A DNA stretch of 64,000 nucleotides. It comes from Mobula hypostoma. Taxonomy: Eukaryota. Both the position numbers and the translations under genes were made by a program. The stretch covers positions 12,958,001 to 13,022,000 of the forward strand of contig NC_086110.1 in the NCBI RefSeq assembly GCF_963921235.1, read 5' to 3'. The notes beneath the pieces are model-generated. The model did not search any database and had not been told where the DNA came from. It was given only the letters and a program-made list of their open reading frames with translations. Below, one piece after another: positions 12,401 through 23,586 of this stretch. Position 1 is the stretch's first letter, and each line of letters opens with the position of its first letter.

Positions 12401-15400
12401 TGGCACGAACTAGTTGAGCCGGACGGCTCTGTTACAGTGGCGTGCAAATTTTAGGTACCCCGGCCAAAATTTCTGTTACTGTGGATAGTTAAGTGAGTAG
12501 AAGAGGAACTGATCTCCAATAGTCATAAAATTAAAGGTGAAACATTCTTTTCAACATTTTAAGCAAGATTAGTGTGTTTTATTGTGCAATTTTAGCGTGA
12601 AAGAAAAGGAAATGAGCATCATGCAAATGTTTACGCACCCCAAGAGGTTTGAGCTCTCAGATAACTTTTACCAAGGTCTCAGACCTTAATTAGCATAAGG
12701 GCTATGGCTCGTTCACAGTTATCGTTAGGAAAGACAGGGTAATGCAAATTTTAAAGCTTTATTAGTACCCTGATTGTTCAAACCTTGTCCCAACAATCAG
12801 AAGCCATGGGCTCCTCTAAGCGGCTGCCTAGCACTCTGAAAATTAAAATAAATGATGCGCACAAAGCAGGAGAAAGCCATAAGAAGATCGCAAAGCGTCT
12901 TCAGGTAGCCGTTTCCTCAGTTCGTAATGTAATTAAGAAATGGCAGTTAACAGGAACGGTGGAGGTCAAGTTGAGGCCTGGAAGACCAAGAAAACTTTCC
13001 GAGAGAACTGCTTGTAGGATTGCGAGAAAGGCAAATCAAAACCCCATTTGACTGCAAAAGACCTTCAGGAAGAATGAGCAGACTCTGGAGTGGCGGTGCA
13101 CTGTTCTACCGTGCAGCGACACCTGCACAAATATGACCTTCATGGAAGAATCATCAGAAGAAAACCTTTCCTGCATCCTCATCACAAAATTCAGCGTCAG
13201 AAATTTGCAGAGGAACATCTAAACAAGCCTGATGCATTTTGGAAACAAGTCCCGTGGATTAATGAAGTTAAAATAGAACTTTTTGGCCGCAATGTACAAA
13301 GGAATGTTGGAGAAGAAAGTCTGCAGAATTTCATGAAATAAAAACACCTCTCCAACTGTTAAGCATGGGGGTGGATCGATCATTATGCTTTGGGCTTGTG
13401 TTGCAGCCAGTGGCACGAGGAGCAATTCACTGGTAGAGGGAAGAATGAATTCAATTAAATACCAGCAAATTCTGGAAGCAAACATCACACCGTCTGTAAA
13501 AAAGCTGAAGATGACAAGAGGATGGATGATGATGCTGAACACACCTCAAAATCCACAATGGACTACCTTAAGAGGCGCAAGCTGACGGTTTTGCCATGGC
13601 CCTCACAGTCCCCCGACCTGAATATCATCGAAAATCAGTGGATAGACCTGAAAAGAGCAGTGCATGCAAGACGGCCCAGAAATCTCACAGAACCAGAAGC
13701 CTTTTGCAAGGAAATATGGGCGAAGATCCCTCAAACAAGAATTGAAAGGCTCTTAGCTGGCTACAGAAAGCATTTACAAGCTGTGATACTTGCCAAAGGG
13801 GGTGTTACTATGTACTGACCATGCAGTGTGCCCAAAATTTTGCTTCGGGCCCTTTTCCTTTTTTTGTTATTTTAAAACTGTAAAAGAAGGAAATAAAAAA
13901 AGTAATCCTGCTTAAAATATTAAAGAAATGTGTGGACCTTTAACTTTATGCCTTTTGGAAATCAGGTCATCTTTTACTCGATCACAGTAACAGAAATTTT
14001 GTACAGTAGTGCCCAAACACGTGCATGCCACTGTATATCTTTAAAGCAAATCCAGATGTTATTCATGGCAATCTCTCTGCTTTACCTGAGAATAGATAAT
14101 GCATTCTTCTTGTTGTCGATCTTTGCGAAATCCTTTACTCTCCCTCATATTTAGTGAAACATGGGGAGTGGTGTGATCAACCGCAGCTTGGTCAGCCTGT
14201 TGGAAAAACACACTGAATACTGATAACTGATACAAGGTCAGTGATCATGAACTGTTTGGTTTGGAATATCTAATAATAGAAAAGGATTTTATAAATGTTC
14301 GGGATAACATTTTGTCCGCGTATTATGATATTGCCCGTATATCATACCGGAGGTGGGATACCAAACCCATTTCAGGCTGGGAGTCACTACGTTTACTTTA
14401 GATTTCCAAACAACCACTTAAAACCATCCTATCAATCGTATGGGTTTCTCAGGTCTGGCCATCTCTTTTGTTTTCATCTCTTCTGTCATATCCCTTACGC
14501 GCTTCCAAGTTTTGTGGACGGGCTTTATCCGATGCGTTTCTCTTAGCACCCCGTCAAATTATTATATTCATTGGGATGACGCGATTTCGTCCCCACAGTG
14601 CATTTAGAACCTGTGACCCTTCAAACTCGCATTACCTAGGTTAAGGACATTGGAAAAAATGACAAGACCTGATGTACGGTTCCCGCCTGGCTTAACTGAA
14701 GTAGCGAATACGGGAGGGGCATCTTGCCAGCTGTTGAGCTGAGTGGTGTTGCTGGTGTATCAATTAAATTACAATCGAAATAAGTAGAGCAGTTGGACAT
14801 GCCCGTTACAGTAAATGGTTTAAAAAGCATTTGTTTTGGCTGAAATAATGACACAGCATTCCAGAGCAATAAAACGACGGTAAAAAAAAATCTTAAACGT
14901 TGCAGCTTCAGCTTAGATATTACTCTCAGAAGCGGTCCTTCATTTCGGGAAGTGCTGCAAATGCTGATAGAAGTTTCAACAGAGTTCTACTATAATGAAA
15001 CCAGTGGTATATGACAACCTTGTTTTGGTGAAATGTTGCTGCAGCGAATATCGTAACGTAAAAGTAAAAATATGCGCTAAAATTGGGAAGGTAATTAATG
15101 AACACAACAAGTTTTTTCCCGTGTAGACAGATGGGTATATAACCGATAAAGGTTTAGTATATGCTGTTAGGAGGATCCAGGTGGGACACATTTAATAACA
15201 TTGAACTGCTGGAACTGTGAAGTGAAACAGACAAATAAGACACACAGTAGATCAGGAAACACGAGTGGAAAGAGAAACAGTTAACGTTTACGTTACTTTC
15301 CGGGGAGAGGTGTTCAATCCGAAAGGACAACGTTTTCTCTTTCCCAAGATGTCGTTGGAGATTTTAAATTTCTGGATTAAATCCAAAATGGGAGATGACA

Positions 15401-18400
15401 ATACATTTAGATGCTGCAGGCATTTCTTTCAAAAGTAGCCTCGTGGAGTAGAAGGCGCCTGGTGAAATTTCCTTAACATGTGGGCATCATTGTGCACCAG
15501 ATACTACACGGTTTATTGGAAGCATATTCGATTCCATTGCAGGTCATGCACTGTTCTGTGGATCTTTGTTGGGAATCGGTGTTAAAAACTCCCTATGACT
15601 TTCCAAAGCAAGATTTCGTTGCATTTTCAATTTTGCTTGCTGTGCGTTCAAATCAGATGTAACATATATTGCGAAATGCGAGTACTGTATTTTTCCATTG
15701 TGCACGACACAGCGATTCTCGTAAGCCGACATTTGACATCTAAAACATCTCAGTCTGAGACTTGTATTTAATTATTCATCAAACGAAGCGTGATTATCAG
15801 CATAACTTCCATTAGTATATATTACTGTTCATCTTAATGCAACCGGTAATGAACTGATGTGGAATCCTGAAAGACTATAGATTCAGATTCAATAGGACTA
15901 TTCAAATCTATCTTGGATAAAACTGCAAAATAAAGAGTTGTCAGGTAGTTTTATTGTTCCCTACTGCGTTCCAAATCTTAGAACAAAATAAATCTTAGGC
16001 GGGAGGACAAGATGGAGGCGCGCCGTGCGTACGCAGCTCTCCAGTGAAAAATGATATCGTATCTGCTAAAAAGGGGTCGTGGACAATTCTGATTTCATGG
16101 AGAATGGACGTGAAAGCACAGAGGAACATTCGCTGCTGTCGTTACTGTGAGGTCGTGGGTAAGCCTCAAAATCCCCGGCCTTGCCTGCTTTTGGCGACCG
16201 AGAAAGAGGTCGAATCGTTCGGACAGATATGGCACTCAGTACTCGTTATCGTAGAGCTGATCAGAGCTCGAAGTTTTCGGATTGCTCAGAGTCGGATTGC
16301 GGTCGGCATGGCAGGGAGAGTTTTTCTTCCGTCTCCCGTCTGCGTGAGATGTGGGACATTTGAGAAAGTTTGAACTTTACAGTGCTCACGGACTTCTTCA
16401 TCACGTTATGGTATTGTTGCACTGTTTATAACTATATGCTATAATTATGTTATTTTGTCAGTTTTTTCAGTCTTGGTTTGTCCTGTGTTTTGTGATATCA
16501 CACCGGAGGAAATAATGTATCATTTCTTAATGCATGCATTACTAAATGACAATAAAAGAGGACTACTTGTCTTCATAATCATAAATTTGAAATATTTAAG
16601 GTACGTTTGACGTTAGGCCGGTAATTTTGACGTCGGTAGTGGGTAAGTTATTGAAGGGAGTACTAAGAGACAGAATCTACAAGCATTTGGATAGACAGGG
16701 ACTACTTAGGGAGAGTCAACATGGCTTTGTGCGTGGTAGGTCATGTTTGACCAATCTATTGGAGTTTTTCTAGGAGTTTACCAGGAAAGTGGATGAAGGG
16801 AAGGCAGTGGATGTTGTCTGCATGGACTTAAGTAAAGCCTTTGCATGGGAGGTTAGTTCGGAAAATTCAGTCGCTAGGTATACATGGAGAGGTGGTAAAT
16901 TGGATTAGACATTGGCTCAATGGAAGAAGCCAAAGAGTGGTAGTAGAGCACTGCTTCTCAGAATGGAGACCTGTGACTAGTGGTGTGCCACAGGGAACAG
17001 TGCTGGGTCCATTGTTATTTGTCATCTATATCAATGATCTGGATGATAATGGGGTAAATTGGATCAACGAATTTCCTGAATATACAAAGATTGGAGGTGT
17101 ACTGGACAGTGAGGAAGGTTTTCGGAGCCCGCAGAAGGACTTGGACCAGCTGGAAAAATGGGCTGAAAAATGGCAGATAGGGTTTAATATAGACAAGTGT
17201 CAGGTATTGCACTTCGGGAGGACAAACCAAGGTAGAACATACAGGGTAAATGGTAAGGCACTGAGGAGTGCAGTAGAACAGAGGGATCTGGGAATACAGA
17301 TATAAAATTCCCTAAAAGTGGCGTCACAGGTAGATAGGGTCGTAAAGAGAGCTATTGGTACATTGGACTTTATTAATCAAAGTATTGAGTATAAGAGCTG
17401 GAATGTTATGATGTGGTTGTATAAGGCACTGGTGAGGCCGAATTTGGAGTATTGTGTTCAGGTTTGGTTACCAAATTACATGAAGAATATTAATAAGGTT
17501 GAAAGAGCTCAGAGAAGGTTTACAAGGATGTTGCAGGGACTTGAGAAACTGAGTTACAGAGAAAGGTTGAATAGGTTAGGACTTTATTCCCTGGAGCGTA
17601 GAAGAACGAGGGGAGATTTGATAGATGTAAATAAAATTATGATGGGTATAGATAGAGTGAATGTAAGCAGGCTTTTTCCACTGAGGCAAGGGGAGAAAAA
17701 AAACAGAGGACATGGTTTAAGGTTGAAGGGGGAAAAGTTTAAAAGAGGCTTCTTCACACTCAGAGTGGTGGGAGTGTGGAATGTGCTGCCAGACGAGGTG
17801 GTAAATGTGGGTTCTTTTTGAACATTTAAGAATAAATTGGACAGATACATGGGTGGGAGGTGTATTGAGGGATGTGGTCCGTGTGCAGGTCAGTGGGACT
17901 AGGCAGAAAATAATTCGGCGGAGCCAAGAAGGGCCAAAGGCCTGTTTCTGTGCTGTAGTTTTTCTATGGTTTCTATGGTTTTCTAGATCTCTGCTATACC
18001 TATACGCCGATCTCAAAGAAGTCAAGCCACTTCACTTACCAGCTCTTCACTCTGACATCTGTCCAAAGAACTTGTGTTAATCCCTTAAGAAAAATAAAAG
18101 AAATTATTTACATTGTAAAAGTTGGGCATTATTCGTTTGATACAAATAGAATTCATGGCGTAAGAGGAACTGCTGAAGGTGCGGATCTTTCAGAAAGCAT
18201 TTTGTGGTATTAGTTGTCTTAATACAGTGCATCAACATCATGGCACTATGCTCAAGAGTCTACGACATTTAAAGAAGTCGTAAAGTGATAATAGTATATG
18301 AGTGACTGTACAACATCTAAATTCTGTCGTTAAAATGGAAATTAAAATCAATGAGACATGCATGAGTTCGTCAATGTTCTTTAAACAGTGACAGTAAGCA

Positions 18401-21400
18401 TAGACCTACGCCAAACGTCTTACGCTTCCAAGTATAGACCTGCCATTGTATCCAAAACGACATTTACATTATTCCAAAGGGATATAACGGCATTTATGAA
18501 CAAGATACAGCCTGTAAATACAGCGAGCGGACTGGTGATATTATTGTATTTTAAATCCAGCTTGTGTTGTGCCTGATGATTATCAATGTAATCAGGTTCG
18601 ACCATGTCAATCCCTGTATAATCATGCCGTAATGACATTTATTCTTTTTGAAGTTAAATATCTTTAGCGCATCTATTTTGCACGAATAGAGGTAATATAT
18701 CTCAGTGATCAGGGTTCTTACCGTGCAATCTCTTTAACTTGACATTCACCAAAACTATTATCAGAGCTAAAATTGCCGATCCGCCCAGTGCACATGCCAG
18801 AATGAATTTAGTATCAGCGCCTTGTGGATCAACTGGGGGAAAACAAGAAACTGTGAAGTACTTATACATTTAAAAAAATGCGCACATGAGAATCAATAAT
18901 GCAAAATATCTAATAGGCTCCTTTCAAATCTCACTGCACAGTATCGGAAAATATGTCATAAGACAGGAAATGCAAATGCCCACCTTTGTTATATTTCGAT
19001 GAGATATAGAGCTTACGTTTTGCTTTCCACAATTTTGGCAAATGTTCAGATACTTACAAATACTGCACAAATTGAATTTCTTAATTCGTCCTACACGATT
19101 TAAACTAACGGAATAACACAAGTTTTTGAACACCTTTCACGTTCAATACTCACTATCAATTACTAAGCTTTAAAGTTAGTCAGTCTTCCGTGTTTGGGTA
19201 GCTGTTCAGTTACTGTTCTTAACAAGGTCACATTGACCCCACCACAATGACTTGTAAGCGCTTTCATCTTACATTGAGCACAAAAGATTCTGAACATGCT
19301 GAAATTCAGAATAACACATAAAATCCTGGAAGAACTCAGCCGATCAGACAGATCTAAAATGTCGACGTTTAAGGCCGAGATCCAACATCATGACTTCATC
19401 AAAACACCATCTTACCTTCGATGTAGCTGAAACTGGCAGACAACGTGAGGGAGCCATGCGACACCAGGCAGGTGTAAATATCTTTTCCCCAAGTAGACTG
19501 CGTAATTTCCAATAAACTAAGTACCTCATACAAGCCGTCCACGCTCCGGTTTGACACATTTTCTATTCCAGTGTGAATTTGCTTGTTATTTCTTTGCCAA
19601 ACGATTTTTAATTTCTCCGGGTAGAAGGCAGCCGTTTTACAAAGGAGCTTTCGAGGAGACGAAAACCCTCCAACAGGAACAATTTCCAGTAGAGTTGGAG
19701 GAGCTTGAGTCAAAACAGAGTTATATTGAGTATTTTCGATCCATTTGAGTACAGGTAATTTCACTTATCTCCTCTCCAACTAGGATGACGCTGAACTATC
19801 AAATCAGTTACCCGCCAGTATTAACCAGTATTTAATAAATTCTTCCAATTTCACGTTCTGTTTATTGTTGCTCAACCATACACACTCACACTCTGATGCA
19901 AAATACGGCATGACGCCTCACCAGTGCTTTATAAAGCCTGAATATTACATCCTTGCTTTTATATTCTAGTCCTCTTGAAATGAATGCGATAATCGGATTT
20001 GCCTTCCTGACCACAGACGCAACCTGCAAATTAACCTGTATGGAATACAGCACACGGACTCCCAAGTCCCTTACCACCTGAATGTTTTTTTGTGTTTTCT
20101 CTCCAGTTGGAAAATATTCAAAACTTTCACACCCTCCACCAAACTGCATGCCCACACACTTCTCGACACTGTATTCCATCTGCCGTTTCTTTGCCTGTCC
20201 TCCTAATCTGTGTCAGTCTTTCTGTAGCCTCTCTATATTTCCTAAAACTACCTGCCCGTCCACCTCTCTTCATATCGTCTGCAAACTTTGCAACAAAGCC
20301 ATCAATTCCACCATCCATATCATTGACATATAACCTTAAACGAATCGGTCACTTCACAGACCCCTGTCGAACACCGTTAGTCACGGGCAGCCAACCAGAA
20401 AATGCTCCCTTTATTCCAATTCTTTGTCACTTTCCAACCAGCCACTGCTTTATCCACCCTAAAATCTTCCTTGTTACACTTTGGGCTCGTAGTTTGTTTA
20501 ACAGCCTTGTGTGTGGTACCTTGTCAAAGGCCTTCTGAAAATCCAAGTACGCAACAACCGATTCTGCTTATCTTTATCTATCCTGCTTTTCATTCCTTCA
20601 AATAATTCAATCAAATTTGTCTGGCGAGAGTTTCCTTTGAGGATATCATGCTGACAATGGCGTGTTTTATTATGTGTCTCCAAGTAACCTAACACCTGAT
20701 CCTTAATGATGAACTCCAACATCTTGTCAACCAGTGAGGTCAGACTGACTGGCCTACAGTTTCCCTTTTCTGTTTCTCTGCTTTCTTGAAGAGTGGAGTG
20801 ACATTTGTAATTTTCCAGTCTTCCAGAACCATTCCAGACTCTAGTAATTCTTGAAAGACCTTTACTAATGCCTCCAGAATCTATCAACAACTTTTATCAG
20901 AATCATGGTATGTACATCATCTGGTCCAGGTGAATTACCTAACCAGAACTTTCAGTTTCCCAAGAACTTGCACTCCAATTATGTCTCTAGTTTTGCCGTT
21001 GTTCAAGATAGACTCTCGGAATAAACCGGGATAATATAGACCAGTTGATATTACAGTGAAGTGGGTAATTTATTGGAAGATATTCGAAAGAATAGGATAG
21101 ATAAATATTGAGATAGACTGGGCTTGTTTGGGAATAAGCAACGTTATTTTGTGCAATGTAGGCTCTGTCTAACCATCTTAATGAACTTTTCGAGCGGGTT
21201 CCCATAGATCTTGATGAAGGATAACAGTGGATATGGTCAATATGGATTTTAGCAAGAGCTTTGGAAAAGTTCTGCATGGGGACGGTGGGCTGATCAAATA
21301 CGTTCGCTTGGCATTCAGGATGAAGGAGGAAATGGAATCTAACTTTGGCTTCGCGGGAGAAGCCAGAGTCTGGTAATAGATGGTTGTTCTTTGAACGTAG

Positions 21401-23460
21401 GCCTTTGACTGGTGGTGTGCCGCATGGCGACCAAAGAATGCAGCGGGTTATGGACCAGGTATAAAAATGCGTTGAAAATGGCAGATAAAATTTAATGACG
21501 GTAACTGTAAGCTGTTGTTCTTTGAGAAGACAAACCATCTCGGATATACACAGTGAACGAAACTGGCATTGTGGAGTGCGGTAAAAAATGATCTTGGAAT
21601 ATAGATTGATAATTCATTGAAACTGGAGCAAAAGGCGGTGGTATCGTAAAGATAACCTTTGTCATATTGGACCTCATATATCAGAGTATTGAGTGTAAAA
21701 GTTGGAATGCTATGATGAAGTTGCATTGGACGTTAGTGAGAACAAATTTGGAGTATTGTTCACAGTTCTGGTTAATTATCTGCAGGAAAGTTATCAATAT
21801 GATTGAATGAGTACAGAACAACTTACAAGATGTGGCATGAATTTGAGGACATGGATTATGAGGAAAGGTTTAACAGGTAAGGATTGTTTGAATGGTTCAT
21901 AAGAGCACGAGCGAACATTTGATAGAGGTATACAAAATTATGAGGGATGTAGATCTGGTACATGTCAGCCTGCATCATCCACTGAGGTTGGGTGAGAATG
22001 TAACTGGAATTCATAGCTTCATAGTGAAAGGAAAAGTATTAAAGCCGAACCTGATGGGAAATGTCTTCACTCTGATGGTGATGCTATTGTGGAACGAGCT
22101 GCCAGCGGAGGTGTTTGCACTCGACTCCCTGCGCTTTACTATCCAACCCTATCAAAATTCACCTTAACCCTGAGAGGTCTATATTTCTCACAATTTGTAT
22201 GGTGAAAGAAGTATAGATTTTGCTAACCCTGCATGACAAAAGTTGGAATGACAATTTGCAGTGCAGGCGATAAATTGTTACTTGATGTTGGAATTAACTC
22301 ATTTGGAGCTGGGTATTATTTCTGTCTACTTGTTGATGGGGAAATGGAGCATTGTGCTGCTGCAGGCAGATCCTTTGATAGAGATTACTCTATTTAAGTA
22401 TTAATATTTTGCGTCCTCTGTGATGCGGAATCGAGTTATCCAACTCCAGCCATTCACATTAATATTAATATTATTTCAGCCTCTTGCTTGCAACAAAATC
22501 CTAACCTTACTTGAAAAGTAATTCGTTATATTCAAAGTACCTTCGCGATAGTGAGGGTGAAGTCCTAAGATATCACTAACCTTGGAAATTCGGTTTATTT
22601 GGGAGATAGCTGATGAGCAGGGCTCGACGAACAGCAGTGGGAAAGAGCCGAGGAAGTACGATATGATAAACATAATCAACTCCATTATGCGCCTAATAGT
22701 TGCTACATGAAATGTGATTAATTCTTCTGTTCTTTATAATTCTGAATTGAGAATCCCTGAACTGGGTATATTTTCCGCGGGAAAAAAATGTATTCTCGCC
22801 GTTTGTTTAATCAACCAGAAACATTTCGTTTTATCCTCATCACTAAGTTGGATGTAAAATGCACAGAGCCGAAAATCTCCAAACAGCCACACTCACCGAA
22901 CACAGTGAGGCTGGTGCCACAGCTACTCTCGAAAAATTGCTCCTGAAACCTTCCGCCACAGTAATATAGTCCAGAGTCGCTGAAGGTGACATTCCAGAGT
23001 ACAAGCGTTCCTCTTCTCTTTTCTACAGTGAATTGTCTTCTGCTGTCCCTTTCTAAAAACCCCTTCTCGCCTTTCCTCCACCAACGAACGTCAACGGTAT
23101 CGTGTGTTAGTGGTAATTTGCAGAACATCGTAACATTCGCACCAACCGGGACGTTCAGGTCCCGAGGGAATTGAGATACTTCCTTCGCCGTTACTTTGAC
23201 GACTGCCGGAAAAGTAAGCAAGGGTATTAACAACAGTTAAACACAGTGAATTAACAAAAACCAATGACATAAGTCACTGGGCAACTAAGAGCGAAAGACG
23301 GCCGAATAGATGAAAAAATATAACTGAGTATGCTGCAGGCACCCAGAGTTAAATATTAATAAATAGAATATTCAATTCGGAAACGGCGTGTATAAATCAG
23401 CATACTTAGCCAAGTAATAGCCAGAAGTGCCATGTACGAAACCGTAAACTTCTCCGCCAT
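9347..23460 (-). CDS. Six-exon Ig-superfamily receptor gene: leader - VJ - C1 - TM - cytoplasmic ITIMs (311 aa; VJC1/PRARP/SIRP-like architecture)
   Basis: Exons 23406-23460, 22897-23202, 19416-19703, 18722-18832, 18040-18083, 9347-9478 total 936 nt (312 codons incl. stop). All introns are GT-AG with phases 1,1,1,1,0, giving one open frame. The link to the terminal exon is the least certain part. Confidence 0.85.
10190..10690 (-). mobile_element. Penelope-like element 3' terminal remnant
   Basis: Reverse complement resembles the 3' region of the Penelope copy at 40450-41010 (GATGCTGG/CCAGCATCTGCAG end, purine-rich tract). Confidence 0.6.
10775..12192 (+). mobile_element. 5'-truncated decayed CR1 LINE
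   Basis: QHGF..GKSC..LDFQKAF..GVAQGLVL..; LGLYSLEFRR; 3' UTR with GGGCCGAATGGCCTACTTCTGC and tail. Confidence 0.85.
12205..12434 (+). mobile_element. tRNA-derived V-SINE (HE1-like)
   Basis: A/B-box-like head, V-domain-like core GGGCGCTCGGGTTACCTCCCACGTTCCAAAGAC, CR1-like tail interrupted by Tc1. Confidence 0.7.
12435..14033 (+). mobile_element. Tc1/mariner DNA transposon, full length, inactive
   Basis: TA|CAGTGGC...GCCACTG|TA with TA TSD; inner direct repeats (IR/DR type); transposase pieces GRPRKLS, WINEVK, KHGGGSI, WPSQSPDLNIIEN broken by stop, frameshifts and a deletion. Confidence 0.95.
16002..16570 (+). mobile_element. Non-autonomous interspersed element, copy 1
   Basis: Starts GGAGGACAAGATGGAGGCG and ends AATAAAAGAGGACTAC; homologous to 52603-53248. 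Confidence 0.7.
16610..17985 (+). mobile_element. CR1 LINE (family A), 5'-truncated
   Basis: RT GVPQGTVLGP, C-terminal FFTLRVVGVWN; (TTCTATGG)n tail; closely matches 48950-50335. Confidence 0.93.
18040..18083 (-). CDS. Exon 5, short cytoplasmic exon (GINTSSLDRCQSEEL)
   Basis: Strong acceptor tttcttttatttttcttaag and donor gtaagtg; phase 1 to 0 bridges the TM exon to a phase-0 terminal exon. Confidence 0.75.
18722..18832 (-). CDS. Exon 4, transmembrane segment
   Basis: DPQGADTK-FILACALGGSAILALIIVLVNV-KLKRLH: 22 uncharged residues then a basic stop-transfer run; acceptor tttcttgttttcccccag, donor gtaag. Confidence 0.88.
19416..19703 (-). CDS. Exon 3, C1-set Ig domain
   Basis: LLCKTAAFYPEKLKIVW...NRSVDGLYEVLSLL...W..DIYTCLVSHGSL: CxxxxFYP, W, DGxY and YxCxVxH C1 signatures; donor gtaag, phase 1-1. 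Confidence 0.93.
19885..20960 (-). mobile_element. Decayed CR1 RT fragment (in intron 2)
   Basis: CRPVSLTS, LRTWIFRRP (shifted LDFQKAFDK), GFVAKFADD, LEYKSKDV..LYKALVR on the minus strand. Confidence 0.85.
20990..22120 (+). mobile_element. Old CR1 fragment (in intron 2)
   Basis: Degenerate DFSKAF, GVPQG and LIEVYKIMR..FTLMVMLLWNELP motifs. Confidence 0.65.
22897..23202 (-). CDS. Exon 2, V-type Ig domain with fused J-like G strand
   Basis: VSQFP...NVTMFC...VRWWRK...TLVLWNVTFSDSGLYYC...FESSCGTSLTVF; acceptor cttttccggcag, donor gtgagt, phase 1-1. Confidence 0.93.
23406..23460 (-). CDS. Exon 1, signal peptide (MAEKFTVSYMALLAITWL)
   Basis: ATG at 23460-23458, hydrophobic leader, phase-1 donor GTATGC; completes ...WLIVKVTA|KEVSQ with exon 2. 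Confidence 0.85.
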
Positions 23461-23520
23461 CTTACAGAAACCAAATCGACCAATTCTTGCAATGCAAGTG
23501 GTATTTTAAAGAATTTGCTG

Positions 23521-23586
23521 GAGGAAAAGGACTTCGTGAGGAAATGTATTAATCATGCAAACATGACGCAGGATGACGCCACCGCA
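23521..23586 (-). promoter_or_regulatory. Putative promoter motif cluster of the Ig receptor gene
   Basis: GAGGAA ETS cores at 23521 and 23538, octamer variant ATGCAAAC at 23555-23562, two TGACG CRE half-sites at 23564 and 23574, RUNX ACCGCA at 23581, all 60-125 bp upstream of the ATG. Confidence 0.45.

Noticed and set aside
15544-15739. Minus-strand ORF with SAYEN and IQYSHF motifs and a downstream AATAAA
   Set aside because: The motif frame needs a phase-2 junction, but exon 5 ends in phase 0, which gives a motif-less frame.
18424-18511. Open segment with AG/GTAAG borders between the TM exon and exon 5
   Set aside because: Phase 1-2 is incompatible with exon 5, and the peptide is implausibly hydrophobic for a cytoplasmic tail.
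22901-22907. CACAGTG heptamer within the VJ exon
   Set aside because: It is the reverse complement of the codons for L-T-V in the J-like strand, with no convincing nonamer at 12 or 22/23 bp.
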